A DNA stretch of 31,434 nucleotides. It comes from Rotaria socialis. Lineage: Eukaryota. The notes beneath the pieces were generated by a model, which saw only the letters and a list, made by a program, of their open reading frames with translations, did not search any database and was not told the origin of the DNA. Location of the stretch: assembly GCA_905331295.1 (NCBI GenBank), contig CAJNYD010000529.1, positions 62,001 through 93,434 of the forward strand. Reading direction: 5' to 3'. The translations under genes and the position numbers were made by a program. Positions 23,801 through 31,434 of the stretch are shown here, one piece after another. Every line of letters begins with the position of its first letter. Position 1 is the first letter of the stretch.

Positions 23801-26800
23801 GAATGTATGAAATGGACGAATTCGGGGCAATCTACACAGCAGGATTGACAGTTTTTCGGCAGCCTGAAGATACTGGCTACACTTTCATGGATATACCAAT
23901 GTACGATGTATGTGCCATTGCAATGGCTGCCTATCGTGATCCGAAAATTGAAAACGACCTTCTCACTTCCAAATACTCTCTTGGAATGCGAAAAAAAATT
24001 GAAAATATATTTGCTATAGCTTACCATCAAAAACATGATAGCCTTGTTCTATCTGCACTTGGTTGTGGTGCATTTAGAAATCCGCCAAAACATGTTGCAG
24101 CAATATTCAAATCAGTTATTGAACAATATGCTGGATATTTCAAATACATCTATTTTGCTATTGTGGATGATCATAATGCAGGCCAAGACTTGAACCCAAC
24201 TGGAAACTATCGTCCTTTTCATAAATTACTCGATAATTTAGAAGAAGAACCAAAACGACAATATCTTGTAGACATGATGATTGGACCTTGGCGAATTTTA
24301 GATCAAAAAACTAGTAAAGAAATAACGTTAAGTGATATTCGAATCCGCTATTTGGATCCATGTTTTCATGGAGGAAAATGCAACGATTTGAACACTGAAC
24401 AACATTGTCGTGAATTTTCACATCCACCTTTATGTCCTTACACAAATGATACAGCTCCATGTAAAAAGAAAAATGATACTCAGCATATGCTTTGGTTCAG
24501 ACATCGTGAAAAATGTTCATATGGTGGAGAATGTGAATTAATAGAAACTGATTTTATGCATTCGAATGAATTTGAACATCCTGAATTTTGTCGAGATGGT
24601 GGTCGATGTGAAAACATGGGTGCTGAACATCTTAAAGCTTATCAACACTTGCCGCTATGTAAATATCGTCGTGAATGTGTCAGTTTCAATAGTGGATCAG
24701 TTGAACACTGTCAAAGCTACCGTCATTGTGTACCGATGTGCCGCTTTGGTCATTTCTGTACCAAATTTCATGACGAAAAACATTTAAGCGAAGAAAACCA
24801 TCCTTTTTTACAACCATGTTCATTTACTCCATTTCATTGCCGACAATACAACAGTTTTGGTGAGGCAAAAGATACAAAAACATTAGGGATCGATGTTCAA
24901 AATCACTGTTTTCACTATTCGCATGTTTGCCGGTACGGCCGTCAATGTCGTGATAAATCAGACATTCATTGGAAAACTACAATTCATATTGCTCGTAACA
25001 TCTGTTCATTTGGTGATAAATGTGCAAAAACATATGATGAAGATCATTTAAATTCGTTCTCACATCCAGGTATAGCTGACATTCGCCTTTTATGCAGTTA
25101 CCCAACGTATAAATGTCGTGATAGGCGAAAACCTGAACATATTATAGAATATCGACATCATGGTGGATACGACAACAGTGGAGTTATCGGCTGTTTTGGG
25201 CAGAACCACAAAATTGATTTTGTTAAAAATCAAGAAAGAATTATTCAAACAATAAATACCTATGTGAAAGATACACATTCCAAACAGCTATCTGTATCGT
25301 TAGAAGTTCAAAAATGGGTTAAGGGTCTACAGCCTATTCATCGATGTTCCAAATTAATTTTCGAATCGATACTTGTACATGGCCATGTCATGTCTCGTGA
25401 TCATATGGAAAATTTAAAAAGATCCTATTTCGCAGCTCAAGCTGTTCAAGAACATAAACGTGTGCGTGGAATATTTGATCGATATAAAATGGCACCTATC
25501 GAAGATAATGCTAAAGAATATATTAAAGCTATTGTTTCTCTGGAATACGGTAAAAAATATGCTGCTGGCGACACAACAGCATCAGGTGGATCTGATGATA
25601 ATGACGATGTAATACGTAGAAAAGAAAGAATTTTACACACTTTAATCAAACCAGACGAACTTAATATTATAAAACAATGCGCCATTGATATTGCTGAAGC
25701 CTCGTGGAATCTTCATAAAGCTCCAACTGGTATCAAATATGAAACTGATAAAGCGTTAGGTACTGATAAACATGTTTTTAGTATTCTTGGGCCACATCTC
25801 GGTCATTATTATGGAGATATAATTCTTGTATTTAAAAGCGAAGTAATGCTACACCCAGACGCCAATTTCTCTCCACAAGCAGGCACATCATTTGCAAGTG
25901 GTAGTACATTTAAGCATCGACCATGGGTTAAAGATCCTGGTACTGAACCTGAAAGAATAAAATGTTTTCATGAATCGAAATTGCATTGTGCTGTACCGGG
26001 ATACGAATATGCAGCAGCAGCAGAACTTATCGTTATATCAGGATTACTGAAAAATACAATAAATGTTGATGTGCGAGACATTATGACTCGTTGGAAGAAA
26101 GTTGATTCACATCAAGTACTCGAGGCGCATCTACCTCAATTGGTACCTCTCGATTATATTGAAGAAGTATACATAGCAAAAAATCTATTTGATTCGCTGA
26201 CTCCAGCAGCACAAGAGTCAGCAAAGAAAATTTTCCGTGATTCACTTCATATTACCAAGCATGAAATTAACTTGACTGATACCGGTGGTGGAGGTTCGCA
26301 GCCATCGGATAAGAGTCGTGCTGACTATCAAGATTATGTGATGAGTGCTTTAATAGAAAAATTTAACAAACGAAAGGACCGTACAAGACATTTGCATGGC
26401 TCTGTCCTCACTCTAGCACCAAGTGCATTTACGGATCACATTATGTTACCGCCAACAATCGGTCAAGCGCGTACTCAATATCTTCGAACTCATAAACAGA
26501 GCTCGAATTCCGACGACATATATATTTATTGGGAAACAATGTATGGTGATATGATGGTCACTCTTTCGGATGAACGAATCGATCCTGATAAGACTCAACC
26601 GGATATTCAATGTCTTGTTTGTTATATTGCTGAGAGACCATCAACTATAACTGCCACTTACAGTGAAACATATTCATATTTAAATGCTGGCGAACCATAC
26701 AGGCATAGTGTTATAAAGATTACTGGTAAATGTTCGAGTAGTTCACGTACATTTCATCGTGGTGCTAACATTGAAAATTTTCTTACCTACTGTCTTAAAA

Positions 26801-27948
26801 TCGAGAAAAAAACGGGCCAAGCAACACTGTCACACGCTGGGCCAAACAGTATTTATTGTTATGAAACGATAACGTGTAGATTTTCGAAAACAACACTTGA
26901 TTTAAGCAAATTAGACTACGTTCACGTAAGTGCTGGCTCGCAAAAAGTACCAATCAGAAATTTAACTATTAACTTCGAAAAAATTCCCGATTTACATCCA
27001 TTATTCGATAGAAATTTCAAGCGAGGGGATGATCCATTTCATAATAGGAAATCGCCTCATCTACGTAGCCGCTCTCCATCTCCCAATATTGCACAATCAA
27101 CTCGCGATATGCCTCCATCGTTTATTCGAAAAGCTGCGAATGCTGTTGCTGGTCTTTTTGGTTATGATGCTGATGATAAAAGCCTTGGTCCCTGCCCCTA
27201 TTCAATCAATTGTCTATTTCAAGGAGAATCGCAACATATGAAAAAATATTCTCATCCTTGTCCATACTCTGAACTTTGCACTAATAAAGAGAAAGAGCCT
27301 AATCTAACACATGAGCCGCACCGAGCAAAACAATGTCCATCTAAGAGTTCTTGTCAAAAACTTCATGATCCTGTTCATCGAGCGCAGTATCGGCATCCAG
27401 GCTACCCTGACTTTCTTATTCCATGTCAAGATGGATCGAGTTGTCATAATAAAACATCGGATCATCGAATAAAGTATTCACATGGTGAGCAAGGAGAAGT
27501 AGTTCGAGATAAAATACGTAGAACGGTATGCCAATTTGGAACAGAATGTCGGAATCAGGATGACAACGATCATTGTTCTAAATATTCACATCCTGGTGAA
27601 AATAGAGTTAAACATGCGCGCAGTTCAAGTCCTGAACGAATCGCTTGTCGCCACGGAAGCGATTGTCGCGACAAAAATGATCGTCAGCATCGATCAAAAT
27701 TTTCACATCCAGATGAACGTGAATCTTCACCTAGTTCAAACTCTGCACGAATCACTTGTCGGCATGGAAGCGACTGTCGCGACAAAAATGATCGTCAACA
27801 TTGCTCAAAATTTTCACATCCGGATGAAGATCGAAATCAAGGTCATAGAGGCTCAAATCAAGATAAAACGCCATGTCGACATGGTAATAAATGTTTTGAT
27901 AAAGATCCTCATCATCGCTCTAAATATTCGCATCCAAACAAAAAATAG
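16999..27948 (+). CDS. ~2309-aa multidomain ADP-ribose protein: RanBP2 ZnF - Ser-rich linker - RRM-like repeats - TIGR02452/DUF2263 PARG macrodomain - 10 PBZ-like fingers - DarT-like ART domain - beta-rich domain - 8 PBZ-like fingers; exons 16999-17052, 18601-18697, 20447-20863, 20918-21478, 22148-27948
   Basis: Splice phases are compatible at every junction (0,1,1,1; 6930 nt). Motifs: WKCRQCGYTNNDSNKSCETC (RanBP2); VLNMANATSPGGGYKRGDGAQEETLFRRS and LVLSALGCGAFRNPP (microbial PARG); repeated C-x5-C-x6-8-H-x5-H(P). The 5.8-kb last exon is solid; exons 1-2 are inferred from splice signals and from conservation in the paralog. Confidence 0.85.
17623..18387. mobile_element. MITE-like element with long TIRs in intron 1 of the large gene
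   Basis: GACTATCCTTTGCTACAAATTGA...CACACTTGTGGAGAATAAAACAAA..CCAATTCTGGTGACC (17623-~17750) is the reverse complement of 18260-18387 (...GGTCACCTGAATTG...TTTGTTTTATTCTCCACAAGTGTG...TCAATTTGCAGCAAAGGATAGCC). TSD not clear. Confidence 0.8.
19650..20154. mobile_element. Possible degenerate non-autonomous TIR element in intron 2
   Basis: GC-richer block bounded by imperfect inverted ends CCCTAGGCTGGCAG / CTTTCAGTCTAGGG (piggyBac-like CCCT start), but the flanks TGAA/GAAA are not a clean TTAA. Confidence 0.3.
27637..27828 (+). repeat. Recent intragenic tandem duplication (111-bp period) of a PBZ finger
   Basis: RI(A/T)CRHGSDCRDKNDRQH(R/C)SKFSHPDE is encoded at 27637 and 27748 with high nucleotide similarity. 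Confidence 0.9.
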
Positions 27949-28834
27949 ACTATATGACTTTGCAGGCTTTTAATCTTGATTATTATAACTATTTTTATTT
28001 TGATATGAAATAAATTTTCTTAATATTCTTGTAAAACAATCGATTGGAAATAGGAGTGGGGGCAATTTTTTTCAACTGGCATCAATATTCGGAGCTCCCA
28101 TCTTAATCAATGTACGAATTTTGTTCAGAAATGTGTACTATATCAGATGAAGTTATCCTTGAAATGTTTTTGATCAAATCCATAAAATAGATTTTTGGAG
28201 ACTGGATCTTTGAAAGACTCTTTTCACAAAATTTGTCATGCAAATTTAAAAGGCAGCTCGCTTGATAGAAAACTGTTGAGGAAAAAATTAAAAAATGAAT
28301 TCCTCTTAAAATTGTTGCCACCACTTAGCAACTATTATCAATGGTTACGATTTACACGCTGATATAAGAATTCTTGAATCACCAGAGACAGAATTTTTTC
28401 CTACTTCTACCTATAGTGGCGCAACCTTGAAGTCTCCCCGATTGACACGACCCATAAAAATTCAGATTCAAATTTTCTATAATAATTATTAGTTATATTG
28501 TTTTTAGCATTAAAAAAGAAAATTCATTTCAGTAACATAAACTGAACAAACAAAAAGACTACGATACACTTTCTAATCATCAATTTATTTTTTCCGCTGA
28601 ACACTTTATTATAATTAGTAACGAAAAAAAACAAAAAAAAGAGAATCTTCACATAACAAAAAAACAATGTTCGAGAAAATAAAATGAGTAATTGACTGAC
28701 GGACAAGATAGTCAATAAAACAAAAAGGCGTTGGCTCGCATTTGAAGTACAAGTTTTGATTAGCTCGGACACGACTATCCAAATTAGAAAAATAATCTCA
28801 ATGAACGGAATGTTTATTTTTTCTGGCATAAAAA

Positions 28835-29610
28835 TTAAAATTCATCTACGTTAACTCGCACTTCTGGATAGGCGTGCATTTTTGCGACATTGACAATCTC
28901 TTCGGTCTTATATGATGGATAAAGACCTGTTTGACCATTAGTTTTATCTGATCCTTTTGAAAATCCATCCCAATGATTTCCTTCTGTACCGATGATATCA
29001 CCTCGTTGAAAGCTAAATTCATTTGGCCAAACAGCTTTATTAGGTAGAAGAGCACGTTGATTATGAGCATTTTGTCCACCAAAATAATAAACATCATCAA
29101 GCGGCTGCACACGCCATGCACCATCAACTAATCGTTGTTGCATGATTTCATAGGCAACACGACAAATCTAAATTTAAAACAATAACAATACATCTTTCAA
29201 AATCTTTTCATTAGTTGCTAAGATTATCGCATAAATTCGAGATCTTCTCAATCAGACATTTCGCCTGCAAAATTTATTTGCTTTTAAGAAAAAGTATCAT
29301 ACCTGTGACGAGAATGTACAAACCAAATAATCACATAAAGAAAGAAAATGAATATCCAATAGTACACCTTTCAATGATTCTGTTCCGTATCTTGTATTCA
29401 ATTGGGCAGATTTTGCTACAGCTGTATCACCATAGAATATGTAATTTGGAAATCTAATTGTTAATAGAGAAATAAAAGAAATTATTTTCTATGGAAAATA
29501 AGCAAACAAACAATTCTTACTTTGAACGCGCATCACTAAAAACGGCCGGTTCATCAGTAGCTAGAAAAACTCGTTTTGTAAAATTTACATTTGGATTTTA
29601 ATATTCATAA
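28835..29610 (-). pseudogene. FUT8: 3' fragment of alpha-1,6-fucosyltransferase; exons ~29610-29521, 29453-29303, 29167-28835
   Basis: KRVFLATDEPAVFSDARSK|FPNY...[40 protein letters not shown]...LDDVYYFGGQNAH followed by an SH3 domain (GNHWDGFSKG..GLYPSYK). In-frame TAA at 29600-29598. No upstream FUT8 exons (HVRRTDK) are visible in the window. Confidence 0.8.
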
Positions 29611-30319
29611 CTTATAAAACTTGAAAAACATACAGTTGTCATTATTTGTGTTGAAAAATTGGTTCAGCCTACCCAGCGCCATCCGATGGAATGGTACATT
29701 GAAAGATGCATAGTTTTTCATGGGCTGTCTTCTGACACTAAAAACGTTTATGGAGAAAATCTTCATAGTATACTTTTATGAGCAAAATATAAAAACATTG
29801 CAGAAAAAAGTATAAGTTTTTGAAAAAAAATTTAAACGTTTCACTCGATTTATAATTTTCAGTCTTCTTCTATGATGGCGGATTTAATAGATATAATTAA
29901 TATACGTTAAAAAATATAAAATTAGAGAGTTCTTGGATAGCAATATATACTACAGTTAAGTGTTAACTCGAATTCACTTAAATTAATCAAATTATAATAG
30001 CAGAATATCCGATGATATATTCAAAAATCTATTTATATTTTTTTATAGGGTTTCCAAAAAACAACAAGAGGCAAAGATTTGTATTTGAGAATAAATTAGG
30101 GTGTCTCCAGACAAGCCCATCCACTTTGTGCCGGGGACATTTAGCCATGCTAGTCTTGCATTCCTGGAGGGTATGGGTGTGTACGTAGGTATTTGAGTCG
30201 AAAGAAGATTCAGACTAGCAGCCATAGCCACATCCTAGTTTCTGTTGCCATTGTGGGCCTTATTTGTGTCTTTTACTGTTTTAGTTTTTGGATAGGCTTT
30301 TATTTTCTTCGTTCTTATC

Positions 30320-31434
30320 TGTTATATCAACTCATTGTCAATAATTCTGTTTCGGGACTCGCTTTTACGACCAAAATATACGGTGTTTGCTAACCCATAT
30401 CGTTTTTCGTGCGTTCTGTTGTTTTTCAACACAGATGTGAAATTTTGTAAGAGCCATTTAAATATATTCTTCACTTTTTCGCATTTAGCAAAAAAGAAAA
30501 CAATTCGAATCCTAAGGAGTGAGATTTTTATACTTTCCCACTGAAATAGTGCCTCGTATTCACGAACACACATAGAAACAAGGCACAAAATTTCAGCCCA
30601 ACGCTTGTTCAAATGTCTAAAAACAGCAGCAGTTTATCTAGAGCAAGGCATCCAGAGAGAAACATTGTAAGTAGTCTGAATTTTAATTTTAATTTCTATA
30701 GTTTTCTTTCGATTTTGTAAACAAGGTATACTCTTTAAGAAAATAGGTCCAGTCCCTGTTCCCCGAAGGAAGAACTGTTTTAGGTTTCGTAGCTTTCTAT
30801 CAGTTCACTTTTTTATGTTTACTACCTGTCTTTTGGTATAAAATTCATTCATTTGAAGATTGATCGGAACTATACTAATAATGAGTATCATGTTTGCTTC
30901 GAGTGTTAATCAATCACCACTGAGCCCTAATTGTATCAAATAGTTGCTGATAACTACTTCACAGATATCTCTCGTTTTTTGAAGCACGCGAATATGTTTC
31001 TAACACATTAATGCCGAGCTACTCTACTGAAAATTTTCAAATACTATTTACTTTCCAGCTACTCTTAGGCTATATCCATCCGCCCCATAAAATTCATAAT
31101 AAAATTTTCAAGTTGAAGCATTGTTTATATTACATGTGACTAGATATGAGTTACCTCGGAGAATGACTATCCTTTGCTACAAATTGATGTTCACACTTGT
31201 GGAGAATAAAACAAATACGACCAATTCTGGTGACCCAATAGGGATTTTGATTTAGAGATTTTTCAATTTAGAGATGTTTTTAAATAAGCAATATGCTGTT
31301 CAAGCCAACATCGAACAGAATCTCAGCTTTCATATCATTCTGTACTTATGCTTCATATTACCCTTGACTAAAGACCTCTTATTCATTAGTTTTACAACCG
31401 AGATCTCATTCAAATGTGCTGTATTTTGACACCA
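30320..31434 (+). repeat. Copy 2 of the direct duplication, including the left arm of the intronic MITE from 31165
   Basis: Aligns by eye to ~16690-17892 up to the window end (GTATTTTGACACCA). Confidence 0.95.
30613..30666 (+). CDS. Exon 1 of a tandem paralog of the large PARG/PBZ gene (gene continues beyond the window)
   Basis: MSKNSSSLSRARHPERNI|GTAAGT vs MSKNSGSSSRARHPDSST|GTAAGC at 16999-17052. Same 54-nt length and phase, followed by a near-identical intron. Confidence 0.65.

Noticed and set aside
24355..25160. Cys/His repeats as CCCH RNA-binding fingers or multiheme motifs
   Set aside because: Spacing is C-x5-C...H-x5-H (PBZ-like), not C-x8-C-x5-C-x3-H or CxxCH.
22382..27973. Nested and antisense ORFs within the large exon
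   Set aside because: Shadow ORFs with no recognisable motifs.
29640..29800. Upstream FUT8 exon
   Set aside because: No FUT8 motif was recognisable, and the sequence looks like a repeat fragment.
1..31434. CRISPR array, rRNA, tRNA or prokaryotic operon
   Set aside because: No repeat-spacer array or recognisable structural RNA was seen, and the genes are spliced and eukaryotic.

Overview
AT-rich eukaryotic (animal) DNA with short spliceosomal introns. Gene content and style suggest a bdelloid rotifer (inference). From left to right: a 3-exon Six1/2 (sine oculis) homeobox gene; an intronless RD3-family gene; a DINE-1/Helentron-like repeat; a minus-strand ADP-ribosyltransferase exon that can splice in frame to an ADP-ribosylglycohydrolase (ART-ARH fusion); a 5-exon transgelin/MP20-like gene; a 1000-bp deleted hAT transposon with a perfect 8-bp TSD; and an ~870-bp foldback element. 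Next is an ~2309-aa, 5-exon gene combining a RanBP2 zinc finger, RRM-like repeats, a bacterial-type (TIGR02452/DUF2263) PARG macrodomain, ~18 PBZ-like zinc fingers and an unannotated DarT-like ADP-ribosyltransferase domain. After it come a 5'-truncated FUT8 fragment and the first exon and intron of a tandem paralog of the large gene. The most interesting signal is an ADP-ribosylation island with two apparent writer+eraser fusion proteins, one resembling a DarTG toxin-antitoxin pair fused into a single animal protein. All domain calls come from motifs recognised by eye, not from database searches.
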